Source: Eledone cirrhosa
Lineage: Eukaryota
Direction of reading: 5' to 3'
DNA: 64,000 bases
Assembly: GCA_964016885.1 (NCBI GenBank)
Contig: OZ024751.1
Span: 48,980,001 to 49,044,000 of the forward strand
The notes under the pieces are model-generated. The model had not been told where the DNA came from and did no database searches. It saw nothing but the letters and a program-made list of their open reading frames with translations. Position numbers and translations under genes: made by a program. Numbering within the stretch: the stretch's first letter is position 1; every line of letters begins with the position of its first letter. Shown one piece after another: positions 46,071 to 61,838 of this stretch.

Positions 46071-46427
46071 TGTTATACTTTGGGAGGGTCATGTTGCCAA
46101 TAAGAAACACACGCACCAGTTGCTTTCACTTCAATTTAATTTAATATATATTTATAAATTTACAAATTTATTACAGAGGTCACAGAGTGTGTGACGAAAG
46201 AACTATGACTATATATATATAAACAACTATCTGGTTGTGGAACCAACCAACCAACCAACCAGAAATTTATAAATTTGTAAATTTATAAATATATATTAAA
46301 TTAAATTGAAGTGAAAGCAACTGGTGCGTGTGTTTCTTATTGGCAACATGACCCTCCCAAAGTATAACAATATCGGTTTCAACACACGATTTCAGATAAA
46401 GAATCTTGCTAAACAAATTCAGAAACG

Positions 46428-46430
<3 letters not shown>
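46070..46430 (+). mobile_element. Family C fold-back element: ~102-bp inverted arms, ~97-bp spacer, ~57-bp tail, TA-flanked
   Basis: Arms 46070-46171 and 46269-46371; tail ...ttcagataaagaatcttgctaaacaaattcagaaacgaaa. Homolog at 54343-54541. Confidence 0.8.
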
Positions 46431-46484
<54 letters not shown>

Positions 46485-46581
46485 TATATATATATATTAT
46501 ATCCGTATGTGATTGACAGCTGAGAGAAAAGAGTTCTCAATATCGAGAGAGTTTTAATATTTATATAATATTTATTTTATT

Positions 46582-46682
46582 AAGGCTAAAGAGTGAGTCT
46601 TGTTACTCTGGAATTTAGCCTCTTTATCACCTGTTTAACATAGGTGAAATTCTAGAGGAATAAGACTCACTATTTAGGCATA
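46582..46682. repeat. TA-flanked imperfect inverted repeat
   Basis: ctaaaagagtgagtcttgttactctggaattt / aaattctagaggaataagactcactatttag. Confidence 0.65.
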
Positions 46683-47036
46683 AAAAAAGTATATATATAT
46701 GTGTATATCAATATGTTTGTATATTTGTATGTGTATATGTATGTATATGTCTAGATGCATATATGCATAAATAAACACACACACACACACATATATACAT
46801 ATATATATATACAAATATATATATATGTATATATATATCTATGTGTACATATATCTATGTGTATATATATATCTATGTATATATATATATGTACATATAT
46901 ATATATATATGTACATATATATATATACATAGATATATATATACACATAGATATATGTACACATAGATATATATATACATATATATATATTTATATATAT
47001 ATATACATATATATATATGTATCTGTGTGTTTCTAA

Positions 47037-47084
<48 letters not shown>

Positions 47085-47130
47085 TTATATATGTGTGTGT
47101 GTGTTGTGTATGTGTGTGTATTTATATATA

Positions 47131-47162
<32 letters not shown>

Positions 47163-47173
47163 ATTTATATATA

Positions 47174-47205
<32 letters not shown>

Positions 47206-47728
47206 ATGTATGTATGTATGTAATTCTGAGTGCGAACAGAGATAGAGTAAATTTGTGTTGTACTAGTTTTATTAATATCTATAATTATAAAACTGTCCTA
47301 TAGATTTGTTTCATCTCGTTATAAGTGATTTGGTCGAGTGAAGAGATCTCTCGTAACAAGTTGTCTTAACCTTTTTCGAAACACATCGACTAGAAAATTA
47401 ACAGAAATCTAATATCAGAAAATGGAGGTATATTGTTATTTTTATAGTAATTTAGTCGACTGTTTAATTGGTAGAGAGATATGAATAGTTGTATTAAATT
47501 CTAGCAAGAATATTGATATACTAGAATTATGAACCAAAATATATTTTTTTTTCAAATAGGTAAACAAATGGAGAGTGTTTTGTTTTGTACTTTTGTTTGA
47601 TATAACATTTTGGAATATAAATTATGTCGTGTTCTGAAGCTGACGGTCTTCTTCCATTAAAACCTGTATATTTCATTAAATCTGTATATTCATTCGTACA
47701 CGGTTTCGTGTATGAAAAATCACTTATT

Positions 47729-47771
<43 letters not shown>

Positions 47772-50510
47772 TTACACACATTAACATACATATACACACT
47801 CACATACACTGACACCCACACTCAGTCACTCACCGACTTTCTCTCTCTCTCTCTCTGTGCCTCTCTCTCGCCCCCTCTCTCTATTTCATACACACACACA
47901 CTCTCTCACTCTCATATACATAATTAAATATATTCTGTATGACTAGAATATAAATTCAATAAACATAGTATCTATAGAGTTAATCGACATGCTAGAAATA
48001 GCATTCGAATTCCTTCAAATGACAGTAAATAGGAGAATTGGTGGAGTCATTAGAACGTTTGAATACGATATGCTTTACTGTTTTACTTCCGGTTCCCTGC
48101 AATCTGAGTTCAGCCCTTACTAAGATAAACTTAGCCTTTCATTCTTTTGACGTTGATGAAATACATTAGAAGCGCAGGTCACTCAGTTGACGGAATTACT
48201 ATGGCATCAGGTGACATGACATGTAGCATTTGTTCACATTCTTTCCGTTCTGATATCAATTTCACTGGTTCGTAAATCTTCCTGGTTGTATGGTAGATTA
48301 ATCTGTCGCTCTATTTAACACCACTACCTGTCCTTCCTGTTTCCGGTAGTTCTAACGGAATCAACTTTGTTCCTAGCATTCGGAGCTGTACTCCAATGAG
48401 ATGATACAATCCTTTTTGCCATCCCCTCCTGATACTGGTAGGATGGAGTGATCACAGACCTTCATCGATCCTGCCTTACTAAAACAACTAAACAATCCTC
48501 AGTCACACACCTACACAAATGTACGATTGGAATAAGGTGTCGACAGAGAGCCTATATATGTTTTCTGGACATGTTAGAAATAGCAGTCAAACCCTCACTA
48601 ATCTCAGCATAGGTCGTTAACCTGTAGGTATGCATTAGGAACATTTAACGCCTCTTATACAAAATTAGGAGATAGTCACGATTGCTTGAAAATGAATTGT
48701 CCCGCTGCTCAATAACAATAGGAGTGAGTCGATTTGATAATTTATATCTGTTAATTTATTAGATATAACTTCTTTTTTTTACCTCGTTTTTATAATGAAC
48801 TTTCCTTGTGTTAATCTTAATTTTAAGACCCCTTTCGACACATTCCAGTAAATCTCTAAGGAAATTTACTCCCAGGGCTGATTAGCGTTTTGTGTGGCAG
48901 GTGTATCATTGAAGAAGTAGTGATTTGTTTCCTTTTTGTTTGGAGCAGGGGGAGACTTGTACGAAAGCATCGGTTGCCCTATGCAGTAGTTTTACCGTCA
49001 TGGCATAAACTTCTTTTTGTCGACAGGCAGAATCCATGATAAGGTTGAAAGTCCTTAAGCATGTGACCAAATATTATAGTTTATCACTCTTGATAGCAGT
49101 GAACTGCCTGAACAGAAAATATTTCAAAGTGGGATGTTAAACCCTGTAAAATTTCTCTTTCTCACTTATAGTTGTTGTTTAGCTGAAGGCCTACATTGCC
49201 CGGACATACATATGAGTATAGAACGTGCTTAAGCTGTCTGATATATAGACAAAGTAGATCTAAGAATATATTGTTAAATTTGACCTTTCCCTTTATACTT
49301 GTTTTCTATTTCGTTTTAAGTAACGTGTAATTTGAGGGAGATTTGATTTCTGATATATCAGGTCGATCGAGAGGTCGATTATATATTCACTAGTAGTAGT
49401 ATTAGGAACGGAGGTAAGGAATAGATAGTTTTCTTTAAACAACCCTACACTATTTATTTTACTTTTATTTTTATATATTTATTTTTGTCAAAGTTGATGC
49501 TAAGCAATTTTCAATTAGATCGGAGGCGTCTTGTTTTCGAAAATGGTTCAGGAAATCCATTTTTCTCTCATTCTTGCGTGCTAAGAGGACGAAAAGCGAC
49601 AGAAATAGCATCTTTAGGCTTAATAGTAATAGAATGATATAAAACAACATGAAAAATATCTCAAATAAAATAGACTGTTATAGCATTTAAATTGTTACGA
49701 TTTTCAAGATAATTTCGCGAATGAATATGTAGATGTTAGCCAATTTATCAATCTGTAGTACGTATTATCAGCGAATAACATGTTATTGATAAACGTATGT
49801 GTAATGGTGTGTGCGTGTGTATATGTGTGCAAGTATGTGCATGTATGTGTATGTATGTATATCCTAGTATATATAAATTTACAACATATAACTAAGCCTT
49901 AGACACTACAATAAACTCGTATATACAAAACCATTTACACTCATGGAGATAGTTTTACACTTTGTATATATAAACACATATATTCACACACACATACGCA
50001 TGCACACACATGCATATATATATATATATATATATAAATATAAACATAAGTATACATAGACATGTGTATGCATGGATATATATATATATATATGTATGTA
50101 TGTGTGTGATGTGTGTGCTCATATATTTGTACTATAAATGCATGTATCTGGCATTGACACCCATATACAGAGGTACCAGTGTATCTATATACACATGTAT
50201 ATAGATGGTGAAATAAAATCACTTACACATAAACACACATCTATGTATGTAATGTATGTATGTGCCTATAGGTGTGTATATGTGTGTGTGTATTTACTTA
50301 TTTACCATTTTACTGGGTTAGTTAGAAGTATAGATCAATTGAAAGGAAAAGAATGCACATTTACATAAACTTAGAGTCTTGGAATCGTGGTATATTTCAG
50401 TCCAGCGTCCAATCATCTCGTGTAGAACTTACAAGCTGGTTTGTTTTCCCAAGCGCAAGATATAGGCAAACACACGCTCAAACGTTCACACCTAAACACA
50501 CATACACACA

Positions 50511-51063
<553 letters not shown>

Positions 51064-51075
51064 ATATATATATAT

Positions 51076-51206
51076 AACAAAGAGGGTGTGGTAAGATACG
51101 AGGTGAACCATAATGCAGCAGAGTACTCAATACTTAGGGTAGTAGAGTGGGTAATAGGAAAAACATCAGGACCCCGACAGCTGAGCGCCGGGTGTTTCGA
51201 CGTTTA

Positions 51207-51207
<1 letters not shown>
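51076..51207 (-). mobile_element. Family D element, truncated, no fold-back
   Basis: gagtactcaatacttagggtagtagagtgggtaatagga...ggaccccgacagctgagc...gtttcgac. Confidence 0.7.
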
Positions 51208-51291
<84 letters not shown>

Positions 51292-51581
51292 TGGTGCATC
51301 TTATTATGGATGTGAATGCTAGATATATATACACATAGACGTACGGAAACATATATGTATGTATGTATGTGTGTGTGAGGGGGCGGATAATAGGTCATTG
51401 TTTCTGAATTTGGTCAACAGAATTATTAATTTTCAAGACGGATCTTTATCTAACCGTCATTGGGCAGCCACCACGTGAAACCTCTGGAAACAGTTTTCAT
51501 TGTTTAACACGCATACACACAGGTCCGCACACACACACACACACGCACACACATATACACACACACACATACACACACACA

Positions 51582-51639
<58 letters not shown>

Positions 51640-51687
51640 CACACACACACGCACACGCACACACACACACACACACTCTCACACACA

Positions 51688-51739
<52 letters not shown>

Positions 51740-52459
51740 TATATATATATATGAGTGTATATATATATATGTATATATACTGATGTCTTTTCGAACCAAG
51801 TTCCATTTCCAAAGCGCCTGTCAACCAGTGGCTATGGAAGAAGAAGACAGTCGCAGTGGGATCGATTCGAAATTGCTGACAATTCAAAACGAACCTCTTA
51901 ATCACTCTACTTTCATATCTACACCCCTCTAATCACAACAGAACCGAAGACACAACCAAATCAATAACAATCGACATGACATTAGAAAGAATCAAATACT
52001 TATGAATCCTCCTGTCTTATGTCATGAATATTTAATCAGGTAACTTTAAGATGTTTTGACCCTGGGATAGACCGAAATTTATTCAACACGAACTGCTGTA
52101 GTCTGTTATTCAATTATAAACTCCCTGTAGTTCATCTCATTTATAAAATAACATTTGATCTGTCCAGGATGGTTAGTGTAAATAGATGGATGTGTCCTTG
52201 TATTTTAACTATGTATATTGTATTAATGTATGTACCTGCGTATGTGACAATAACTCTCTCTCTCTCTCACTCTCTCTCTCTCACTCTACACACACACACA
52301 TTTATATACACATAATATGTGTGTGTATGTACATTTATGGTGTTTATCTGAGAAGGTAGTAGCAGGCGGGTACTTCTGTTCACCAGCTACTGAGGTGGTT
52401 GACATCTTCCACAGTGTGATGATTCATTCAATATATTCTCTAACAACCTGGATATTATA

Positions 52460-52650
52460 AAGAAACCTTATCTCCGTTTTTATCAACTATTTATTCGCTC
52501 TTTCCTGTTTTTGATTAAGGAAGCCTTATTTTACTGTATGATGTACGAAGCACCAGGAGAGACTACATCTCCTGTCAATGTGGCTCCTATTTTATATAGG
52601 AATCAAATGGAATGTGCACCTATGCAACATTAATTGGCAATATACGAAGT
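52460..52650 (+). pseudogene. Possible Penelope-like GIY-YIG endonuclease remnant
   Basis: Frameshifted translation EAPG / YISCQCGSY / YIGIK resembles the PGVYxIPCxCGxxYIG motif. Confidence 0.35.
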
Positions 52651-53502
52651 TGTTTCTTATAGTCGAATTCTTGTTTTGGTATTTGTAATGATAGGGATTC
52701 CTGTCCCATTATTTAATGTGATTAAAAACCCTAATTATTCGGGTAATACTGGCCTTCTACGGTTTTAAAATCTCATACGACAAGTAATGTTTATTTTAAT
52801 TACGTGGGTATTAGTCTTATCAAATTGGTGTTGTTACAGCTCATATCTGTTTGTTTAGTTGGTCTCGAATGATGGTGTGTCTCTTAGGAGGTTTTAATAA
52901 TCGGGCATTTAGTCTTTTCATAAAAGGCAACGTGATATGAATGCCTTGCTGAAGAGCACGACAACCCCCTTGGGCCAGAAATCGAACTAACGTAATTTTG
53001 ACAGTCAACCCAACTTCCTAAAGACTAGGCTACGGACAGACTTATCTTTTATGGATTAGGGTGGGTTTACATACATAATATTCTGGTGGTAGGGAGAAAT
53101 GCACAGTGTTCATATATAGTTCTTCACTAGGGTATCACGAATTCATTTTTTACAATGGAAATACATATATCTACACACACACACACACATACACACATAC
53201 ACACACACATACGCACACGCGTACACACGCACACACACATACACATACACATACACAAACACGCACAAACACACATATATATATTTATATATATACTTCC
53301 TCGAGCTTCGGCAAATACTCACTCACTCAATTACCTAATACGCTTGCAAGTGAAAAAGATGTAAATTAATTGTCAGAGTGCACACCATATTCAATCATGA
53401 GATGGTAATGCTTGGGTAATGATACTGAACGCATGCATACGCTTATACTAAGACATATTATGTATATACACACACACATATATATATAATATATGTATGT
53501 AT

Positions 53503-53566
<64 letters not shown>

Positions 53567-53569
53567 TTT

Positions 53570-53782
53570 TAACCTTCTATGTTGTTTACTTGTCTCACTC
53601 GCTTTACGCGATTTACTTGTCCCAATAGCTTTTTTTAGCTATTGCTCGCACCAACCTGAGCTATATGATTTTTAATGCGATGAAATATCAATGATGGTTG
53701 GCAAATCACTGACGAGGGACTAATTTTATCATATGTAACCCATGTGCAACCACGCAGTATTCTTCTTTCTTCTCATGTTTTT

Positions 53783-53785
<3 letters not shown>
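53570..53785 (+). mobile_element. Family G solo terminal repeat
   Basis: Reverse-complement homolog of 37261-37476; contains CTGACGAGGGAC. Confidence 0.8.
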
Positions 53786-53814
<29 letters not shown>

Positions 53815-53818
<4 letters not shown>

Positions 53819-54089
53819 AAGTTTTATTTAAATTGTTGGGTTAACAACGAGTAAATATTTATAACTGATATAAAAGCACTCAACAAGTATTTGGAGTATA
53901 TTTACGATATTAAATAAATGGAAATTATATTTATAAAACCATATCTATTTAATCATATATATTTCAGGGATATCATATTAAAAATATGTTATGCCTTCTT
54001 CAGACAAAATACAATATAAACAGTCTTATAAATAGATAGATTCGACATACCTTTCAACTTCGACTTGCATTTGAAAAGTTGATTTGGTA

Positions 54090-54090
<1 letters not shown>
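53815..54090 (-). mobile_element. Family B element, single orientation
   Basis: Minus strand tgt-CTGAAGA-AGGCATAACATAT...ATATGATATCCCT-GAAA; tail ends ctttgca at a (TA)n tract. Confidence 0.75.
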
Positions 54091-54541
<451 letters not shown>

Positions 54542-54560
54542 TATATATATATATATATAT

Positions 54561-54756
54561 AACGAAGGAAATGTGGTACGGAACCAGATGGACCATAACT
54601 CACCAAAGTACTCAATACTTAGGGTAGTAGAGTTGGTAATAGGAACGAGTAGGACCCCGACGGCTGAGCTCAAGCCGTTTCGACGGCTAATTCTGGACTG
54701 AGTCCAGAATTAGCTGTCGAAACGGCTTGAGCTCAGCCGTCGGGATCCTACTCGTT

Positions 54757-54760
<4 letters not shown>
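54561..54760. mobile_element. Family D fold-back element with hammerhead 3' half and ~78-bp tail
   Basis: Arms 54640-54699 and 54701-54760; GAAA-CGGCT-TGAGCTC-AGCCG-TC forms a perfect stem III with a GUC triplet at 54739-54741. Confidence 0.8.
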
Positions 54761-54812
<52 letters not shown>

Positions 54813-55568
54813 CAATGAGTGCATATATGTAAGATCCAGCTTTGTCCCAAATAGAGTGACGTTGATTGCGCTCGAAATATAGTTTGAGTTTATGTGTCCC
54901 CGGAATACTCAACCAAATATACGCTATATCAATGAGTAAGTAGTTCAGGTGATTGAAGTACCCATCGTTCTTACAGTCAATGTTTTTGCATTATCTATCT
55001 ATTTACACCATATTCATCAGTCTAGATATCTGTTCGACACACTCTTTGTTTCTTTCTCTTTTCCTTTACCTCTCTACATCTTTCTTTCTCTCTTCTTTAC
55101 TCTCTCTCTCTCTCTCACTCTCTCTCTCTTACTCTTCTCTCTCTCTCTCATTTCATTTCACCGGCAAAGGAATACTACCTCTGTACCACGTGTTAAGTGC
55201 GACGTCGATGGAGATTCGGCCACGATTTAACGATGTTTATAATGATTTCGTTTTATCGACGTTTTTTTTCTTCTTTCTCTCGTAACTGCAGTTTTCGAGC
55301 AGATATTTGGCAAACAGGTGAAAAGAGAAGTGCCTTCAGTGCTGCTGTATTAAATTCAATGAAAACACCGACTGCTAAATAATCGTTCCTGGTCATTTGA
55401 GATCATTATGTTCTCCTGTGTACACATACACAGACTCATAGTCACGCGTTCACACCCACCCACGCACACCCATACATGCAATCATGTAAATGTATGTGTG
55501 TTGTGTGTATGTCTATAGACACATAGACACACACAGACACACATACACACATACAAATATATGTGCAT

Positions 55569-55645
<77 letters not shown>

Positions 55646-56622
55646 ACACGAATGTTTACATTTATGAATGTGTGTGTTTCTATGTTTGTGTGTGAAATTA
55701 AAGGCAGGGTAGATTCGACAATAAAATACATAAATAATCTTATATTCTCTGCAGTAGTAGGTACACATTACTGTGGACCGTAATAACATTCTCTTTTCTT
55801 GGTCAAAATTAAGAGAAAAGAGCCTAAATCCTCGGGGTACGTTCCTGACAAACGGTGAGTCTTGTGGATATTATATCTCGGTGGAGATCATCCCACATTC
55901 TTTCGGAACGTAGCCGTTTTCTTCCAGAGACAGAGAAGGGTTATGAAAGAATGGCCCCCGATACTGGTGTTGGACTAGTACTTTGACTAAATGATGATTT
56001 TTTTACTCGAAGTGTAACGAGCCGGAACAAATAGCTAGGCATGTTTAGTTAGACACACTCACGACTTAATTTCCATTACCCTTTGTAATATTTCGACTCC
56101 GTTGTAAGCTTCTAGAGTGATCTTTTGACAGATCTGTGTACAACATGTTACTAAAAGAACATCTACATGGTAGATGGAGGCGTTAGAAATAGCACTAAAT
56201 TCCTACTCAAGTTTTGGATCCAGGGGCAAATCATGATGCAAAAATTATTTTGTAATAAAGTATCGGATTGGGAATAAGATTTGGTAGACGGAAACCTTTA
56301 CGCAAGCCTTTTTAAGGGTGTAGTCATTTTAGCAGGGTGTTTAAAAATAGGTCGCTAGTCTTATTAATGCTGTGCTCAAATTAATCATTGTGGTAAACTG
56401 GGCTGATGGAAAATGAAGGAGGGTGTTAGAGAATGGTAAGTGTATCTAGACAGGTCAGGGTTCTGGAGAAGGAAGTATCATTATACCCATTCAGCTCTCC
56501 CCATGATTAGTGGTCGACCCTGTCTCAGCACCACAGACACAGTGTCTCTCTCTCTATCTTTCTCCCCTCCTTCTCGCTCACTCTATCTCTCTACGTATAT
56601 ATAGATAGATAGATATATGTAT

Positions 56623-56785
56623 GCCGGGTTCAATCAGTAAGTAGGGTACTCAATACATAACAGAGTATAAATATTTAATATAGAAATGGCTTCTGCAGAA
56701 CTAGAACTGTTTCATTCGAAAGAAATCATCAGGATGATTTCCTTCGAATGAAACAGTTCTGGTCCTGTGGAAGCCATGTCTATAT
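56623..56785. mobile_element. Family E fold-back element, second copy
   Basis: tagaaatggcttctgcagaactagaactgtttcattcgaaagaaatcatc / gatgatttccttcgaatgaaacagttctggtcctgtggaagccat. Confidence 0.75.
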
Positions 56786-57305
56786 TATACACACACAAAG
56801 ACACATACACACACACACACACACACACGTATATATTTGTGTTTGTATGTGTGTGCAAAAGGTCCGAAAGAAGGCAGCGAGAATGATGTGATAGCCTAGC
56901 GCCTCGCTAGAAAATATCCGATTTGATAGTATTTCTTATTAAGTACACTCTATATGTCGTCGCTGTAGTATATAACGAATCACAATTACCATTCTCCAAT
57001 TAACTCATATTTACATACCTTTCCAACGAAAGACGAACAATAACCAATTCCTGCACACTAAAAGTGTTGGACTATTTTTTTTTTTTTACTAACTTTAGCA
57101 CCCCATCACTTCACTTCCCTTCACTAATTTATAGTTTTCTTTTTATAGCAATCAGTAGTTACATTTAACTACATAACATACATATAGATACGTACTCACA
57201 CATACTCACACATACACATATATGTATATGTATATATATATATGAGTGTGTGTGCGCGAGCGTGTATCAATATATATAGATATATAAAAAAAGAAAAAAG
57301 TATAT

Positions 57306-57344
<39 letters not shown>

Positions 57345-57472
57345 GTTTATATATATATATGTTTATATATATGAAGTATCTATCTATCTATCTTTCTCTC
57401 TATATATACATATATGTTTGTATCTGTACATATAATATATATGTATGTATATATATATTATATAATTTGTGT

Positions 57473-57507
<35 letters not shown>

Positions 57508-57557
57508 CATGTATTTATTCACACACACACTCCTGGTCACACGTAAGTACTAGAATA

Positions 57558-57637
<80 letters not shown>

Positions 57638-57706
57638 AGGAGAGGGGGAGATTGATAGAAAGACATACGTACAGACAGACAAATAGATAGATAGATATAT
57701 ATATAT

Positions 57707-57753
<47 letters not shown>

Positions 57754-57965
57754 TAGATAGAGACGTGTGTACAAGCAAGTGTGTGTCTGTGTGCGTTTTG
57801 TAACAACGAGATTGGAGCAATTCGATTTGATACAACTTTTCCTCATATTGACGTTTTAGAGTTTTACTTGTTTTGTTTGTTTTGTTTTATTTTCTTCTGA
57901 TAGAGAATAAAAGGTAATTAATTAGACAACGTTTACTTATATACTGACACACACACACACATATG

Positions 57966-58057
<92 letters not shown>

Positions 58058-58967
58058 TATGTATGTATATATATATATACATATGCACGTATATATATAT
58101 ATACATATGCACGTATATATATATAAATAAATATATATTTGTGTCTGTATATATCTATATATATATACACACACACACATATATATATATATATACATAT
58201 ATATGCATATACTCGCACATATATGCACACCTATATATATAAACACACATACATACACACCCACGTACATACATACATCCACGTACATGCGCACACTCGC
58301 ATACATACATACATTCACATTGATCCACACCTCACATTCATACCCACACATACATACACCCACCCAAGTACATACACACAGCCATCTACATACACATACA
58401 TACATACATCCACACACTCACATATATACACACACTCACGTACATACTCACACTCACATAGATACACACACATACATACACACGCTCACTTATATACACT
58501 CACCCACATACATACATACACACATATATTATTTATATTTCTTAAAATAATGACCTTTAGATGATTAGACAGAAAAGATGGAAGACCTCGTCTCAGTAAG
58601 ATGAAATCTTACAGAAGGAAACACTCCTATAGCTGTAGATTTTATTAACCCTTTTATTACAGTATTTCTAATAAAATACACCTCCTATGTGTTTCAATTA
58701 ATCATGAAAAGAACTTGGGAGAATGTAATAAAATGACTAAGATCTTCATTAGTAAACTGATATATAGAACATTACTTAATCATTTCTGGGAGAAAATGAT
58801 GATGCAATGTTTCAGCTGGTTTGGTATCAAATCTTTGAATTGAATAATTGAAAATAAATCAACTTTATTTTATATATTATACATTTCGGGTATTTCTTTT
58901 TTTTCGATTCGCGTTTTTTTTTACTGACCTTAGTACCATATGAACTTGTAACCTTCTTCACCTGAAC

Positions 58968-59012
<45 letters not shown>

Positions 59013-60757
59013 ATCATTTTACGAGAGGCTTAGCCAATTTTAATTCTGAAACAATATCTAGCTTATAAAACACTATAAATTGTTTGACTATTATAAAGAC
59101 AAAATAGTTGGGCATATATAAATATAGAGACGAGACAAACGCTAACAGGTGCCAGTAGGTATCGAACTCACGCATGCTAGTTTACGGCAGATGTGATTCT
59201 GATTCCCACAGGCGATTAAATTCGGTTAAATTCAACATTTAACCGTTTCTCGAGGTTTGTATGACCAGTTTCGATTATCTAATTGTTAAAATCCCTGCAA
59301 TACGATACTATAGATCTTTACTCCTCTATAACTAATCATATATTTTCAAAGACTTAACCATCACCAACCACATCGGATAAACTAGTGATTCTCATATTAA
59401 GAATTATGCATCCAATTATAATCTTTTTTGTTTTGTGGTAACTCAACCCAGGTTAAAAAAAGAAAACGAGAACAAAGAAAGAAGACGAATGTCGGAATAT
59501 TACTATGGATATGAATTACGAAAACTTATTGGAATCTGTCTTTTGAATTTGTTGCATAAAAGGTTTCCTACCTTTTATGTTTATGTATAGAGGATTGTCT
59601 TATAGATTACCATAACTTGAATGGTGAGGAGCAGAATAGAATTAAAAGCCTTATAACGCTCGTTATTGAAACAAGTTTAGATATTCCAGTTCCCTCTAAC
59701 CTCAGCAGTTAAGTATCTGGAAATTACCTTAAATTTAGAAGAGACATATTCTACAGTTACCTAACACCTGACCAAAAATTATTGTCAGTTTTTTATAACT
59801 AATCATAAGAAGCAACTCCCATATGTCTAAGAAACGAAGTTCCCGTCATATTTCGTCATTATATTCAGATGAATCCATGTTTAACAATTCCTGATATGAT
59901 GTTTTCGTACATAATAATAGCTTTATTGTTAAAATACTATTCATAACCCGCTGTAATGCTGCGAGCGTAAATTTCTTCCAAAATAGATACAATACATTGA
60001 AGAAAATTGACAATATAAACATAGGAAAACATATACAGATATTTTTCAATTTTAACTATTTACACTATCTGATGAATAATTAATAGCTTACAATGTTTAT
60101 CACACATGCAATTACATTGCTGTAAACCTTCAACGTGTTTTATTAGCCAACTGAAGAAACCTTTCGGGAAGAATAATATAGAATCATCTATTCATAACTA
60201 CATTGCCCCAATCATATGTCATCTTATCTGTAATGTTTTTCTTATTTTCAGAACGACCATATTCTGAGCTAAAATCCAACTAAATAACAATTATATAGAG
60301 AGAAATTAAATTAGATTGACAGAGTCATTAGTTATAGTTCGATTTAACCAACATATTTACGCATACAATTTATTTTCCACGAACTTCCCCATGCGGCTCG
60401 GATTCTAAACGAAAATTTATAGTCGTAGTTTAAATCCTTATATTCAATGTTCGTTCCTATCACATCATAAGTCCATGACGGATTTTATATAATTCTACTC
60501 ATTTACAATATTTCAAGCAATCTACGTCAGAAACAACGGATCGGAGAATGTAGTAATACATGAATTATATAATTTAAAGCCATATACCCTCAGTTCCCTC
60601 ATATAATTCACAACTTATATTCTATGCAGTTATATATTCAGCGATGGTATTTAATAAAATATTAACATCCAGCATATGGGTATAAAGACACAAAATGTCT
60701 CTAGTATTTCCCATGAACAATTAGATTTTGCATACACTTACTTGCAATTGTAAGTTC

Positions 60758-60831
<74 letters not shown>

Positions 60832-60837
60832 GTAAAT

Positions 60838-60884
<47 letters not shown>

Positions 60885-60890
<6 letters not shown>

Positions 60891-61180
60891 AGATTTGAAT
60901 GGATACAGTTTAGTTGAAAGGAATTTATTGACACGTGTTTCTATAACAGTTACATAACCTGGAAACAGCTGCTATCTACAAAGTTTTAGTTATGCAGACA
61001 TTCAATATTTCAATGTTATTATTTACTGTCCTTTCAACTAAACTGTATCCATTCAAATCTTTCTATTTTTCTCCGGATTACTTTTGGAACTACAACTGGA
61101 ACCGTCGAGCAAACTCTACGTGAGCTGTCAATCGACTGTGTGTAATATTTATATTACAACACAACGGAAAATACTGTATA
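60885..61180. mobile_element. Family F fold-back element: ~37-bp perfect arms, ~108-bp spacer, ~110-bp tail
   Basis: atagaaagatttgaatggatacagtttagttgaaagga / tcctttcaactaaactgtatccattcaaatctttctat. The spacer has minus-strand GAAAC-ACGT-GTC-AATAAA. Confidence 0.75.
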
Positions 61181-61260
61181 TATATATATATACTTGGGGA
61201 GGGTCATATTTGTGTAATAATATTGCCAGAATTAATAACAGAACACACTCACTGTTTGGT

Positions 61261-61294
<34 letters not shown>

Positions 61295-61295
61295 T

Positions 61296-61354
<59 letters not shown>

Positions 61355-61594
61355 TATATATATGTTTGTGAGTCTCTCTGCGTGTGACTACTCCTAGTGT
61401 ATCGTATTGTATTATGCATCTCACCTATTTTTATACTTCGTATTTTTAAAGAGCAATTATATCGTACCTTACGAACACACGCCATGACATTCAAATATCA
61501 CCGGTCTATTATCTGTAGTTAGTTCCTCGTCGTTCTCACTTATCCCTTGTCCACCCCATCACACACACACACACACAGTCTCTCCTTCTCTCTT

Positions 61595-61682
<88 letters not shown>

Positions 61683-61707
61683 TATAAATATATATAAATA
61701 TATATAT

Positions 61708-61838
61708 AACGAAGGAATTGTGGTAAGGAACCAGATGGACCATAACGCACCAGAGTACTCAATACTTAGGGTAGTAGAGTGAGTAATAGGAAAAAGTATG
61801 ACCCCGACGGCAGAGCTCAAGCCGTCGGGGTCATACCA
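61708..61838. mobile_element. Family D element folding back at the stem III loop
   Basis: Tail as at 54561; palindrome gtatgaccccgacggc-agagctcaa-gccgtcggggtcatac. Confidence 0.8.

Noticed and set aside
59140-60700. Possible degraded LINE RT (SAVKYLEITLN near 59705)
   Set aside because: Single short motif among many stops; insufficient without a profile search.
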